Of a DNA stretch of 64,000 bases, positions 38,881 to 49,369 are shown piece by piece; position 1 is the stretch's first letter; every line of letters starts with the position of its first letter. Below the pieces are notes generated by a model. That model searched no databases. It worked only from the letters and a program-made list of their open reading frames with translations, and was not told where the DNA came from. A program made the translations under genes and the position numbers. Origin of the DNA: Candidatus Zixiibacteriota bacterium (lineage in GTDB: Bacteria; Zixibacteria; MSB-5A5; GN15; FEB-12); the NCBI GenBank assembly GCA_019038695.1, contig JAHOYZ010000028.1, positions 12,492 through 76,491 of the forward strand, in the 5' to 3' direction.

Positions 38881-38935
38881 TATTGTTTTCCCTTAGTCGA
38901 TTATTCAAAACCATTCGTTAACATATTCCGAGCTG

Positions 38936-39445
38936 TCATACGTCAGCTTGTTTCCGTTTGAAGGCTGTTCGCACAGGAGAAGGTACCAAACCGCCGATAT
39001 CACCACCGTGCAAAGCAATATCGCGGACTATCGTCGATGACAAATAGACCCAGGATAGCGAAGGCATTAGAAAGACAGTTTCGATATCCCGCGCCAGCTT
39101 GCGGTTGATCAATGCCATCTGAAACTCTATCTCAAAATCCGATACCGCTCGCAACCCACGTACAATTGCCTGAGCCTTGTTCTGGGTGGCAAAATCAGCC
39201 AGCAATCCGTCGAATCCAACCACTGTCACCTGTCGCTTGAATGATTTCCGGCTAAGCGACTGCTCAATCAGTTTGATCCGTTCGTCAAAATCAAACAACG
39301 GGTTCTTATCATCGTTCTTGGCAACAGCCACGATCAATTCACCGAAAAGATGACACGCTCGTTCTATTAGAGAAAGATGTCCATTGGTTATGGGATCGAA
39401 GGTCCCTGGATAGACGGCACGGTTCTTTTTGTTCTTTGTGATCAC
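38936..39445 (-). CDS. coaD: Phosphopantetheine adenylyltransferase
   Basis: YPGTFDPITNGH, RGLRAVSDFE. Confidence 0.97.
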   Translation of the reverse strand: MITKNKKNRAVYPGTFDPITNGHLSLIERACHLFGELIVAVAKNDDKNPLFDFDERIKLIEQSLSRKSFKRQVTVVGFDGLLADFATQNKAQAIVRGLRAVSDFEIEFQMALINRKLARDIETVFLMPSLSWVYLSSTIVRDIALHGGDIGGLVPSPVRTAFKRKQADV

Positions 39446-39521
39446 ACTGTAATTAACTCAATAGCCTACAATTAGCAAGCGTATCTCGTCAACTTATGTT
39501 GAGAGGGGAATTTTGGCAAGA

Positions 39522-40388
39522 TCAATTATCCGAGGCTAATCCGAGAGCTACCAGATAGTTCTCCAGCGGTAGCTCAGCGGCTTTGTTCGGCTCGGCGAAG
39601 AACCCGGAATTGAAACGAGGTTTGGCTACGGGAACAGTGAAATATCGCCCCAGTTCGGTCATGACATCATCACCAAGCTGCTTTCCGGAAACCAGGAGCG
39701 CGGCCATTGGCAGTGTAATGCGATCCTTGAACAATGTTGCCAATTGGAAGTTGATAACCGTCTTGAGTTCTATAGCCAGCTTCTCTCGTCCCGCTCGGGA
39801 AGATAGGTCAAACTGTTTGGTATTCAAACGCGAGAGTCCAACGATAGACTGGTTGAGTACAAAACATATCGATGCCAGACCGTCGGCCTCATCCACCAGA
39901 CAAATCAACTCGCCGCCATGAGGATGGCAGAACGTCAGATACCCGTACCCCAGACCAGCCGCCCGGGCCAGACCGGTTGGAACAGTGGACAATCCTGCGA
40001 CGTGGGAGAAGGGATTGATGATGTCGTCCAATACTGTTTGAAGGCGAACCGCCAGAGCCAGTTGCCAGTTCTCCAGGCCGGTGTCAACAAAATCGAAAGA
40101 ATAGTCGGATTCATCATCGAGTAGCGATTGCGCCATCTCAAAACGTGCTCGTGTATCGAGGTCTATTCCTCCGGCGGTTTCGAGGTGCAGCTTCTTGACA
40201 ATCACCCGGTCATCAGGCACAGCCATAACCACGTCGCCATCCTTCAACAGGTGGTGGCCGTTCAAATGGCTCCGTTCGTAGCGTACCAGAGCCTGTACGC
40301 TGGGGCGACCCTGGCCGTGAACCACCCGCGCGACATGATAAACACCGTCATGGCAATCTACGCCGATTTTTGTCCGTTCGGGTGACAC
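39522..40388 (-). CDS. Divergent PilM-like (actin-fold) protein
   Basis: N-terminal KIGVD; AVPDDRVIVKKL; LLVSG; YLVALGLA C-terminus. Confidence 0.5.
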   Translation of the reverse strand: MSPERTKIGVDCHDGVYHVARVVHGQGRPSVQALVRYERSHLNGHHLLKDGDVVMAVPDDRVIVKKLHLETAGGIDLDTRARFEMAQSLLDDESDYSFDFVDTGLENWQLALAVRLQTVLDDIINPFSHVAGLSTVPTGLARAAGLGYGYLTFCHPHGGELICLVDEADGLASICFVLNQSIVGLSRLNTKQFDLSSRAGREKLAIELKTVINFQLATLFKDRITLPMAALLVSGKQLGDDVMTELGRYFTVPVAKPRFNSGFFAEPNKAAELPLENYLVALGLASDN

Positions 40389-40768
40389 TATCTTGTTATC
40401 CGTAAGTATGGGCGTAGCTTCTCGAACGTCCGGGCACCAATGCCCTTGACGTTGGTAATGTCTATCTCATGGTTGAAACGATGACTCTGGCGATACTTAA
40501 CAATACGATCAGCCAGCGCCGGGCCGATCCCCGGCAACAGTTCCAGAGAATCGGCTGGAGCAGTATTGGGATCAAGCACAAATACACCGGTGAATATCTG
40601 TTCGTTTTCACCCAGGAACACTTCAAACGGCGGGGAGTCTTTCTGGGGCGTGCCCACAGCTCTAACCAGAAGCCATCCGCCCAGGAGTACTACAGAACAG
40701 GTCATCACAGCCAGGAACTTCAACTGTGTAGATGAGAAATCAAAAAAACGATTCATGGATCCCGCCAA
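40388..40768 (-). CDS. comEA: ComEA-family helix-hairpin-helix DNA-binding protein
   Basis: LLPGIGPALADRI and VKGIGARTFEKL HhH motifs; N-terminal TM. Confidence 0.8.
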   Translation of the reverse strand: MAGSMNRFFDFSSTQLKFLAVMTCSVVLLGGWLLVRAVGTPQKDSPPFEVFLGENEQIFTGVFVLDPNTAPADSLELLPGIGPALADRIVKYRQSHRFNHEIDITNVKGIGARTFEKLRPYLRITR

Positions 40769-40863
40769 TAATGTCTGTTTGGCAGAATATACAGGCCCGA
40801 GAAGCGAAACGCAACCGGAGGGGTACAGGGAATATTAAGTGTATTCGTGGTCCGAGATCTACC

Positions 40864-41412
40864 CTATGGCTTTTCGTAGGTGTCGGCTTCGCCGGAAACG
40901 CGGTGCAGTATTTTGTAGCTTTTGATGCGCTGGTCAGCTTCAAAACCCCAGCCACGGGCGATGGCGTCAGGTCGAATGATGCGTACAAAGGCATCAGTGT
41001 AGATACGGTCGGTTTTCGGATTCCAGTGCAATAGCTCGGTTTCCAGCTGCGTGGAATCGGCTGTGGCCACTACTACATGGCCATAAATGACAAACAGACC
41101 GGTCTGTTCGCGGATAAGGGCCGAATCGCCGGTAATTACGGAGTTCAACTGCCCCAGGGAGTCATAGCTTTGGATATCCAGGTTGTAGGCCATGGTTGAA
41201 TCCTGGGCTTCGAACTGGGTGATTTTCTCAGCGACTATTTCAGTAGTCACGCGACCACCATCGTATAGGTTTATCCGCGCTCCACTGACCTCGGAATCAG
41301 GCCGCCCGGTAGTATCGACAGCACTCGTGTTGCCGTTTGACGGAGACTCATTGGAACATCCAATCAGTACTACAAGCAGCAATAATGTAACGGTCAAAAA
41401 TCTATAAAACAT
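40864..41412 (-). CDS. lptC: LPS export protein LptC
   Basis: QLETELLHWN..IYTDAFVRI; located in the kds operon. Confidence 0.75.
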   Translation of the reverse strand: MFYRFLTVTLLLLVVLIGCSNESPSNGNTSAVDTTGRPDSEVSGARINLYDGGRVTTEIVAEKITQFEAQDSTMAYNLDIQSYDSLGQLNSVITGDSALIREQTGLFVIYGHVVVATADSTQLETELLHWNPKTDRIYTDAFVRIIRPDAIARGWGFEADQRIKSYKILHRVSGEADTYEKP

Positions 41413-41472
41413 CTGATCTCCATTTACCTTGTATGCATATCGGCGCCTAAAGACGATGTTTCCAGCAAAATG

Positions 41473-42378
41473 TCAAGCGGTTTTTTCCGGGCGGGTGTGC
41501 CAGCGGTTGTGCAGCCAGATCCATTGCGACCGGTATTGGTCAATTATGGCCTCCAATTCGGACACGCAGGCCTGAGTCACGGCACGGGCGTCTGCGGTCT
41601 TATCGCCTGTTGGAGATATACTTACGGCGGGGCGGATAATAATCTTGTAGCGGTTTTCATCGATTCGGACACAGGCCATAGGGACAAAAGCCGACCCGGC
41701 TCGAAGTCCCAGAAAAGCCTGACCGATAGGAGTGTAGGCTGGTCGTCCGAACCAGTTGATAAAATCACCACGGACTCGGTGGGAGTCAGTGTCTATCAGA
41801 ACCCCGATACCGCCGTTGCCGGCCAGCCAGCGCAGGAGTGTGCGCGGCGACTCATTTGTTGAGAAATTCGCCAGACCAGATGCTTTTCGGTTGGCTACGA
41901 GTAATTGATCCAGACGCCGGTCATACATCTCGCGGCCAATCACGGCAATCGGATACCCCACCGCACCAAGATAAGCTGCCATCAACTCGAAATTGCCAAT
42001 ATGACCTGTGATACCCAGCATCCCTTTGCCCGCAGCAAAAGCAGCGTGATAATGTTCCAGCCCTTCCACCGTCACAAGCGATTTGAAATCATCGAAATGC
42101 TTCTGAAACCGGACTACATCCGTCAGATTCTTGCCACTGTTAATAAAAAACTCACGGCCAATCCGGGTACGGTCAGCTGTGGTCAGACGGTCGCCGTATA
42201 CCATCGTGAGATGGCGGTTTATGCGGAACTGGTCACGGCCTGAAAGCTTCCAGACAATGAGGCCAATCCAGGCTCCCACCGCCTGTGATACGCGACGCGA
42301 CACCAGATTCAGGATAGCTATCATTGCTATCGCCAGATAATAGATAGCGCCCCGCTTGAGCCTCTTGCCCAGCCGCAT
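41473..42378 (-). CDS. Lipid A late acyltransferase (LpxL/HtrB family)
   Basis: TGHIGNFE (HxxxxE), LIDTD, QWIWLHNRW. Confidence 0.85.
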   Translation of the reverse strand: MRLGKRLKRGAIYYLAIAMIAILNLVSRRVSQAVGAWIGLIVWKLSGRDQFRINRHLTMVYGDRLTTADRTRIGREFFINSGKNLTDVVRFQKHFDDFKSLVTVEGLEHYHAAFAAGKGMLGITGHIGNFELMAAYLGAVGYPIAVIGREMYDRRLDQLLVANRKASGLANFSTNESPRTLLRWLAGNGGIGVLIDTDSHRVRGDFINWFGRPAYTPIGQAFLGLRAGSAFVPMACVRIDENRYKIIIRPAVSISPTGDKTADARAVTQACVSELEAIIDQYRSQWIWLHNRWHTRPEKTA

Positions 42379-42380
42379 AG

Positions 42381-43346
42381 TCAGACCAGTTTTGACTTCA
42401 AAATATCGTGCAGGTGCAGAATGCCGACCAAATGATTCTGGTCGTCCACAGTCGGAAGCTGCGTGATGGCGTGCTTCTCCATCAGAGCCAGCGCGGAATC
42501 AAGAATAGCGTCGGCCGAGATTGATTTCGGATTCTTGATCATTACCTCGGCAGCCGTCAGATCATAGAAGTCATCCCCGCCTTCGGCTACACGGCGCAAG
42601 TCGCCATCGGTGAAAATCCCTGCCACGCACCCGGCCTTATCGATCATCGCCACACAGCCCAACCTCTTGCTGGTCATTTCCAGAATCATTTCTTTCATAG
42701 TTGTTTCCGGTTTTGCCAGTGGTAGTTCGTCGCCCTCATGATGCAGTTCTCTCACCCGTTTCAGAAGACGCATTCCCAGCGCCCCGCCCGGATGAAGCTG
42801 CGCGAAATCGTTGGGACCAAAATTACGAGCTTTCAGCAGAGCTACCGCAAGAGCATCGCCCATAACCAGTGCGGCCGTTGATGACGAAGTCGGTACCAGG
42901 ATATTTGGGCAAGCTTCTTCGGCCACCGAACAATCAAGGACAATATTGGCCCGTCGCGACATCTCAGAATCAGGCGTCCCGGATAGAACAATAACGGGAG
43001 TCGACAAACGCTTAGCGGCAGCCACCACAAGCTCTGATTCCCCTAATCGTCCAGATTTGGAGATCAACATCAACACATCCTCTTTCCGGATTAACCCCAT
43101 ATCCCCATGGATCGCCTCTGCCGGATGCAGGAAAAATGAAGAGATACCGGTCGAATTGAAAGTAGCCGCGATCTTCTTGCCGATCAGACCCGACTTACCC
43201 ATCCCCGAAACAATTACCCGTCCCCGACAATTCAGGATGGCATCAACGGCCAAATCAAATTGTCCATTGAGCTTGTCGGCCAAAGCTGCTACAGCTTCGG
43301 CTTCGATCCGGATTACTTCTGCCGCGTGTCGTGTTAGTTCACTCAT
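42381..43346 (-). CDS. kdsD: Arabinose-5-phosphate isomerase (KpsF/GutQ, SIS plus 2 CBS)
   Basis: SGMGKSG, HPAEAIHGDMG, HPGGALG. Confidence 0.95.
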   Translation of the reverse strand: MSELTRHAAEVIRIEAEAVAALADKLNGQFDLAVDAILNCRGRVIVSGMGKSGLIGKKIAATFNSTGISSFFLHPAEAIHGDMGLIRKEDVLMLISKSGRLGESELVVAAAKRLSTPVIVLSGTPDSEMSRRANIVLDCSVAEEACPNILVPTSSSTAALVMGDALAVALLKARNFGPNDFAQLHPGGALGMRLLKRVRELHHEGDELPLAKPETTMKEMILEMTSKRLGCVAMIDKAGCVAGIFTDGDLRRVAEGGDDFYDLTAAEVMIKNPKSISADAILDSALALMEKHAITQLPTVDDQNHLVGILHLHDILKSKLV

Positions 43347-43873
43347 ACCAAAAAGTCTCTGGTATTCTTGCCAATCGCATCAAAATAGTCCTCAAGAACC
43401 TCGCGCACGGCTCCTTTACCCCCTGGAGCGGTGGTCACGTAGTCAACAACCTTTATCAGCTCAGACGATGAGTCAGCCACTGCTATAGAAAGACCGACTT
43501 TCTCAGCCAGGCTGATATCCAATATCTCATTCCCGACAAAGGCAATATGATCAAAGTCGAGCTTAAGTTCTTCCAGCAACGGCGTTATCTGCTTGACCTT
43601 GTCTTTTCTTGCCTGCAGGATATGCTTCACCCCCAGGTCTTTCATCCGCGTATCGGTAGCCGGTGAATACCGACCGGATACTACGGCGATCTCCAGTCCA
43701 CTTCGCATTGCCAGGACAATAAACAAACCGTCGGAGATATTGAACTTCTTGAGCTCCAGACCACTGGGACCAAAGAAAATGCTGTCATCGGTCAACACAC
43801 CATCCACGTCCAGCGCCAGCAACTTGATTTTGCCTATCCGTTCCCGGAATTCATCATGTGAGAGCTTGGCCAT
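43343..43873 (-). CDS. kdsC: Kdo 8-phosphate phosphatase
   Basis: LDVDGVLTD, GGKGAVRE. Confidence 0.93.
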   Translation of the reverse strand: MAKLSHDEFRERIGKIKLLALDVDGVLTDDSIFFGPSGLELKKFNISDGLFIVLAMRSGLEIAVVSGRYSPATDTRMKDLGVKHILQARKDKVKQITPLLEELKLDFDHIAFVGNEILDISLAEKVGLSIAVADSSSELIKVVDYVTTAPGGKGAVREVLEDYFDAIGKNTRDFLV

Positions 43874-44677
43874 CTATTTCTCCTGCTGAGTTGCTTCGCG
43901 TACGTGCATCACGGTAGTCAGTAGTTCCCTCATCTTGTCCAGAGGCAACATCGCCCCGGCATCAGAGAGGGCTGACGACGGATCAGGATGCGTCTCAACA
44001 AAAAGTCCATCGATCCCGACCGCTACTGCCGCTTTGGCCATCGGAATTACATAATCCGGCTGGCCGGTCGAGACCTTACCGGCTCCGCTGGGTTTCTGAA
44101 GCGAATGGGTGGCGTCAAAAACGGTCAGACCATGTTGCTTCATAATTAGAAGTGACCGGAAATCGACAACCAGGTTGTGATATCCGAACGTCGTTCCGCG
44201 TTCAGTCAGCATCAGTTTGTCAGTGTTAGCCTTGGTAACAACATGGGCCATATCTTCGGGAGCCATAAACTGACCTTTCTTGATATTGACCCATTTGCCG
44301 GTGGCTGCAGCTCGTACAATGAGGTCCGTCTGGCGACACAGGAAAGCCGGAATTTGAAGAACATCAACAACCTCGGCCACTTGATCCACTTCAGTGGTCT
44401 CATGAACATCAGTCAGCACCGGCAGGCGGAGCCTGTCTTTTACAGTTTTAAGGATAGATAAACCTTGTTCGATTCCATGACCGGTGAAGGATGACCCTGA
44501 AGTCCGATTGGCCTTCTTAAAAGACGCCTTGAATATGTATGGAATGTCATGTTGGCGGGCCAACTCGGCCACGTGCTCGGCAATCTCCAGGACAAGAGCT
44601 TCCGATTCGATCACGCATGGTCCGGCGATTAGGAAAAAGTCACCGCTTGCGATTCTTGTGAGTGTTTTCTCAATCAT
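43874..44677 (-). CDS. kdsA: Kdo 8-phosphate synthase
   Basis: KANRTS, QIPAFLCRQT, NIKKGQF, FDATHS. Confidence 0.97.
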   Translation of the reverse strand: MIEKTLTRIASGDFFLIAGPCVIESEALVLEIAEHVAELARQHDIPYIFKASFKKANRTSGSSFTGHGIEQGLSILKTVKDRLRLPVLTDVHETTEVDQVAEVVDVLQIPAFLCRQTDLIVRAAATGKWVNIKKGQFMAPEDMAHVVTKANTDKLMLTERGTTFGYHNLVVDFRSLLIMKQHGLTVFDATHSLQKPSGAGKVSTGQPDYVIPMAKAAVAVGIDGLFVETHPDPSSALSDAGAMLPLDKMRELLTTVMHVREATQQEK

Positions 44678-44716
44678 CGTTGGGAATATACACTACCGAC
44701 ATCAAAAAGAAAGCCC

Positions 44717-44735
44717 AAACCGGCGAAGCCGGTTT
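44717..44735 (-). terminator. Hairpin at the 3' end of the 551-aa gene
   Basis: AAACCGGC-3-GCCGGTTT followed on the minus strand by a T-rich run. Confidence 0.5.
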
Positions 44736-46389
44736 AGTATAGATAGTGCGATAGTGAGACGGAGAAGCTGTACTTGCTCCCATCGGACTCATTTGCTCCA
44801 AACAAATCCTCGCTTGCGCTGTCATTCCACCCATATTTAACACTGGCGTACAAAGACGTTGGAATCGATAGACGGTAGGTTAGATTTGATGAAATGTCGA
44901 ATTGATTGCTCTCCCCCGACCAATACTCAGTGATGTATATGCGGCTCCCCCGAGATACTCTGCGAAAATCCGACGATAGCTGGTCATGGTTGTGACGGTA
45001 GTTCAATCGCGTCGACAGCGTAGTGCGGGAGTTGACAATATATGACAGAATCCCCGAGAAAGAGACATCGTATCTATCGTTGTACTCTCGGTTGATCCTG
45101 GTAGTCGTATCCACGTCATTGGTGGGCCTTTCCTCGTAAGTAACCTCCGAGTGAAGATAGTAGTGACCAACGGCATTAAAATCAATCTGCCATTGACGCC
45201 GGAAAGGGACACTATACTCCAACATTGCAGTCAAGTAAGTGTCGTTTTCCAAGTGCTTCTGATATTCATAGCTATCCACATCTGAACTACTAATGTAGAC
45301 GGTATCAATGACATTAGGGGTGTCTGGATGGTATTGAGTGCGAAGAGCTTCATTGTGCTCTGTTGACGATATGTGACGGGAATCGTGAATGTACCTTGTA
45401 CCGATCCCAACTCGTATACGGCTTCCGAACCGCCGACCTGATCTGGGGAAGTAGTCCCAGACATCCTGCACCAGGAGATAGCCGTATGGCCCCATGTCGG
45501 GAGTGTATCCTTTGGCTTGCAAGAATGAAAGAATGGCATTGAGCGCCTCGATCCGATGCAGTCGCTTATCGACGGAGTGCTGAAGGCGGTACCGGTAAAT
45601 GGTGTCACACAGAGTGAACATATGCTCGGTTGAAACCTGACCACTTAGAAGTCCTTCTTTCTGTAGTTCGTCCACCAAATACATAGCAGTGGAGGAATAT
45701 CCTCCTTCGTACATGTGACCCCAGCCGGGAGTGGCTCTGATTTCAAATGCTACAGACCGTTCATCCACATCCAGATCTTCGGATCTGACTATTTCTAAGA
45801 GGTGACGAGAGCCGCCATAATTGTTTAGATCGTGGACGTCTTTTGTCTTCCTGTGATCATTGGGAATTTCGTTGTATTGATAGCGGAAATCGAATATGGA
45901 GGAAACAAAGAAATCGCCGGAGACATACTGCCCGACATCTGCATTAGCAGACAATTCACCCCAATAGGAACTAGCAGAATTGTCTGAGTGCCGACTATCG
46001 CTATCTAGAAACTGTGTGTAGGTTTGTGACGTCTTCGAGGAGGATCGGTTTCCGGACAGTGAGAGCCCAATATCTGTAGTAAGAAAGCGCTGTGGAGTTT
46101 CGTAGCGGTAATTCATCGACGAACCAATGTCAACCCCCCTTGAATCACTGTCATTGGTCCGATCCGACACCACCTGATACGGATTGGTTGCACTGTCTAA
46201 ACTCGTGGCATCGCCACCCGACATCCCCACCGAGCCATCAACCTTCCACTGGAAATCGGTGAACTTCTCTGGTATGTAATCGCTTATCTTGAATGCTCCT
46301 GAGGCACCCCAGGCCGAGCCTGTCATCATGGAAACGATGATTAATGTCAGTAATGCGTACGGTATTTTGCTCACAATTGACCTCCCCAA
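44734..46389 (-). CDS. Hypothetical secreted or outer-membrane protein
   Basis: Signal peptide; aromatic-rich beta-strand pattern ending SLSHYLY. Confidence 0.65.
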   Translation of the reverse strand: MGRSIVSKIPYALLTLIIVSMMTGSAWGASGAFKISDYIPEKFTDFQWKVDGSVGMSGGDATSLDSATNPYQVVSDRTNDSDSRGVDIGSSMNYRYETPQRFLTTDIGLSLSGNRSSSKTSQTYTQFLDSDSRHSDNSASSYWGELSANADVGQYVSGDFFVSSIFDFRYQYNEIPNDHRKTKDVHDLNNYGGSRHLLEIVRSEDLDVDERSVAFEIRATPGWGHMYEGGYSSTAMYLVDELQKEGLLSGQVSTEHMFTLCDTIYRYRLQHSVDKRLHRIEALNAILSFLQAKGYTPDMGPYGYLLVQDVWDYFPRSGRRFGSRIRVGIGTRYIHDSRHISSTEHNEALRTQYHPDTPNVIDTVYISSSDVDSYEYQKHLENDTYLTAMLEYSVPFRRQWQIDFNAVGHYYLHSEVTYEERPTNDVDTTTRINREYNDRYDVSFSGILSYIVNSRTTLSTRLNYRHNHDQLSSDFRRVSRGSRIYITEYWSGESNQFDISSNLTYRLSIPTSLYASVKYGWNDSASEDLFGANESDGSKYSFSVSLSHYLY

Positions 46390-46534
46390 TCGTAGATCGT
46401 AATGCAGCTTGTAGTGTGCCCCCCAAAGCTGGTGGCACTGTTTCTACTCATACATCTGTAATGTGATTTTCTTTCACATCAAAGACGATTTTTTCAGCAT
46501 GGATAAGAACCTTGGTAGTGGCAAGAATGCCTGC

Positions 46535-47890
46535 CTAGTTATTGATCCCCGTTGAAGGCGCCGGTATGCGTCCCCCGCGAGCAACGAAATGATGCGATGA
46601 AAATTTCGACACCGGCATTATCGGCGCCGTCCCAAGCAGACCGCCATAGTCAACCGACTGTCCAACTATCTTACCCGGCACGGGAATAATACGCACCGCC
46701 GTAGTTTTGTTATTCACAACACCAATAGCAGCTTCATCGGCAATGATGCCGGCGATTGACTCAGCTGGTGTATCTCCCGGCACCGCTACCATATCAAGCC
46801 CGACCGAACAAACTGCGGTCATAGCCTCAAGTTTCTCAATCGAAATAGCCCCCGCCTCGACGGCACGGATCATGCCGGCATCTTCACTCACCGGAATAAA
46901 CGCACCCGATAAACCTCCGACGTACGATGATGCCATCAGTCCACCTTTCTTGACGGCGTCGTTGAGCATCATAAGAGCCGCCGTCGTGCCGTGACAACCG
47001 CATCGTTCGAGACCCATTGCTTCGAGTATGTCCGCGACGCTGTCCCCTTCGGCGGGAGTGGGAGCCAGTGACAGGTCAATGATTCCGAACGGTATGCCCA
47101 ATTTCTCAGAAACCTTGCGACCAACCATCTCGCCCATACGGGTAACTTTGAAAGCGGTCCGCTTGATCACTTCCGCCAACGCCCCAAGATCACACTGCCC
47201 TGCTTTCTTTACCGCATGAAGAACCACTCCCGGTCCGGAGATACCGACATTGATCACCGTCTCCGGCTCGGTTACGCCGTGAAACGCTCCGGCAATAAAC
47301 GGGTTGTCCTCGACCGCATTGGCGAACACGACCAGCTTACAACAACCGATTGCCTGGTCGGTTTTCTCCGCCGTCTGTTTAATGATGCGACCCATCAGGG
47401 CGATAGCATCCATATTAATCCCGGCATTGGTCGAGGCCACATTGACACTGGAACACACGCGTTGGGTGTTTGCTAAGGCATGGGGGATAGACTCTATCAA
47501 GTTACGATCTCCGACCGTCATACCTTTTTGCACAAGGGCGCTATAACCCGCCAGATAATCAATCCCGAGTTCTGCCGCGCATTGGTCGAGTGTTTCCGCA
47601 ACTGATATCATAGTTGCGACATCGTGCCCGTCGGCGACGATTGCGATTGGCGTGACGGAGATCCGTTTATTTGCGACAGGAATACCGGACTCGCATGAGA
47701 CAGTCTCAACCGTCTTGACATGGTGTTCGGCAGTCTTCAGTAGTTTCTCTCTGATATTGGCGACTAGTCGCTTGGGGTCACGACTGGCGCAGTCACGCAG
47801 GGAGATACCGAGTGTGACGGTTCTGATATCGAGGTGAGCCACCTCGGTCATGTGTATCGTTTCGGTTATTTCTTGCGGATCGTATGGCAT
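46535..47890 (-). CDS. DUF711/UPF0210 ('PFL family') protein
   Basis: [41 protein letters not shown]. Confidence 0.92.
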   Translation of the reverse strand: MPYDPQEITETIHMTEVAHLDIRTVTLGISLRDCASRDPKRLVANIREKLLKTAEHHVKTVETVSCESGIPVANKRISVTPIAIVADGHDVATMISVAETLDQCAAELGIDYLAGYSALVQKGMTVGDRNLIESIPHALANTQRVCSSVNVASTNAGINMDAIALMGRIIKQTAEKTDQAIGCCKLVVFANAVEDNPFIAGAFHGVTEPETVINVGISGPGVVLHAVKKAGQCDLGALAEVIKRTAFKVTRMGEMVGRKVSEKLGIPFGIIDLSLAPTPAEGDSVADILEAMGLERCGCHGTTAALMMLNDAVKKGGLMASSYVGGLSGAFIPVSEDAGMIRAVEAGAISIEKLEAMTAVCSVGLDMVAVPGDTPAESIAGIIADEAAIGVVNNKTTAVRIIPVPGKIVGQSVDYGGLLGTAPIMPVSKFSSHHFVARGGRIPAPSTGINN

Positions 47891-48046
47891 ATGTCGCTCA
47901 CTTAGAGTCTCATGTTTTTCTGTGTCGTTCCCGTAGCTCGGTCAGTCCTGCGGAGGCAGGAATCCAGCAAGCTTCATCTCTTCTCTCCAATGTCGAAACT
48001 GAAGACAGTTTCGACCTACTCAGCATATTCCTCGCAGAGTGAGTCC

Positions 48047-48634
48047 CTATATCCTATGCATATACTGGAAGGTGTCTTCGTGCATCACGTACACCTTCAT
48101 GCCCAATTGGGTCTCCGTCGCCTGAATACGATCTCGCAGGGCCGAGAAATCAATGGTACAATTCGTGATGTTGACCACCATAATCATCGAGAAAAACTCC
48201 TGCATCAGTGTCTGCGAGATATCCTCAATCGAACAACTCAACTCCGCTAATACAGCCGTAATTGCCGCCACCACCCCTGGGCGATCCTGGCCAAAGGACG
48301 CAATAATAATACGCGTCTTTTCGACTTTTTCGATCTGCTCATACAATCCCCCCTGCTGGCTCACCATCTCTTCTCCGGGAGGTAACGGCGGGGGGGGCGA
48401 AGCCCCTTTTTCCGCTTTTGGATTCAGGTCCAGATTAGAGTGCGGTCCCTCTGGGTCCGGGGTACGGGGTACTTCGCAGGTTGCCCCTGTGATCTCCGGG
48501 TTCGCCTGCTGTTTCTGCATCGCATCGACAACAGAATCAACCACCCGTCGCAACGCTTTAGCATCGAGTTGTTGCCCTACTCTTCCAGCGACAATCTCGG
48601 CGATCTTGCCGATTTCAAAATCAGATAATGACAT
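48047..48634 (-). CDS. ACT-domain protein with N-terminal helical (encapsulation-peptide-like) extension
   Basis: C-terminal GQDRPGVVAAIT..IEDISQT..FQYMHRI is the ACT type usually paired with DUF711; about 100 extra N-terminal residues. Confidence 0.85.
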   Translation of the reverse strand: MSLSDFEIGKIAEIVAGRVGQQLDAKALRRVVDSVVDAMQKQQANPEITGATCEVPRTPDPEGPHSNLDLNPKAEKGASPPPPLPPGEEMVSQQGGLYEQIEKVEKTRIIIASFGQDRPGVVAAITAVLAELSCSIEDISQTLMQEFFSMIMVVNITNCTIDFSALRDRIQATETQLGMKVYVMHEDTFQYMHRI

Positions 48635-48688
48635 CGTATATTGGACCTTCTATATATAATATCTCGTTTTCGTCACCAATCTGTTTCT

Positions 48689-48760
48689 GCAGGAGCGCAG
48701 GGCTCCTGCCCTACCAAGAACAGGCAATGCCTGCTGGATTCCTGCTTTCGCAGGAATGAC
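48689..48760. repeat. Two REP-like palindromes
   Basis: Minus strand GTAG-GGCAGGAGCCCTGCGCTCCTGC; plus strand TGGATTCCTGCTTTCGCAGGAATGAC. Confidence 0.7.
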
Positions 48761-48814
48761 AGAGCCTCGCGATAACAGGCGTCACCAGGTTTCTCATAAA
48801 CCAGGCGATACCGG

Positions 48815-49369
48815 CTACAATATATCTCGCAGCAACTCCGGTCGCGGCGATGGTATTACCACCGTGTTGACCAGCATTCCTTCCCGCGAGACAACTTCCG
48901 TCCCAGCGGCAACAGCCGATTCCACCGCGCCCACTTCACCAGTCAACGTCACAAACGCTTTTCCACCCAACGCCATCGCCAGCCGTATTTCAATCAAACG
49001 CACCTCGGCTGCTTTCACCGCCGCGTCCGCTCCTTCAATCAACGTCGCCACCGAGAACGATTCGATTATGCCGAGCGCGTCGAGTTCATCGACTTGTGTG
49101 GAACCTGACAAAGCGGGGAAAACATCCGGGTGGACATTGGGAATAATAAAGGTCTCAATGACACTCTCGGCGCCATACTCTTCCCCGGCAGCAATCGAGT
49201 TCTTTATTGCCTGAACGTCACCGGCTATGAGATTGATATATTTACCGGAACAGATCGTGCGGCTTATCACCAACTCAACGCTGGCCGCCTTGACCATCGC
49301 ATCCGCCGAGCCGATTCCTTTGGCAATCGAGCTGTATTCGATTAATCCTATCGCATTGTATTCCATCAT
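48815..49369 (-). CDS. BMC-T shell protein, PduT-like
   Basis: Two BMC domains (AIGLIEYSS; ALGIIESFS); TICSGK carries the PduT-type Fe-S Cys. Confidence 0.9.
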   Translation of the reverse strand: MMEYNAIGLIEYSSIAKGIGSADAMVKAASVELVISRTICSGKYINLIAGDVQAIKNSIAAGEEYGAESVIETFIIPNVHPDVFPALSGSTQVDELDALGIIESFSVATLIEGADAAVKAAEVRLIEIRLAMALGGKAFVTLTGEVGAVESAVAAGTEVVSREGMLVNTVVIPSPRPELLRDIL

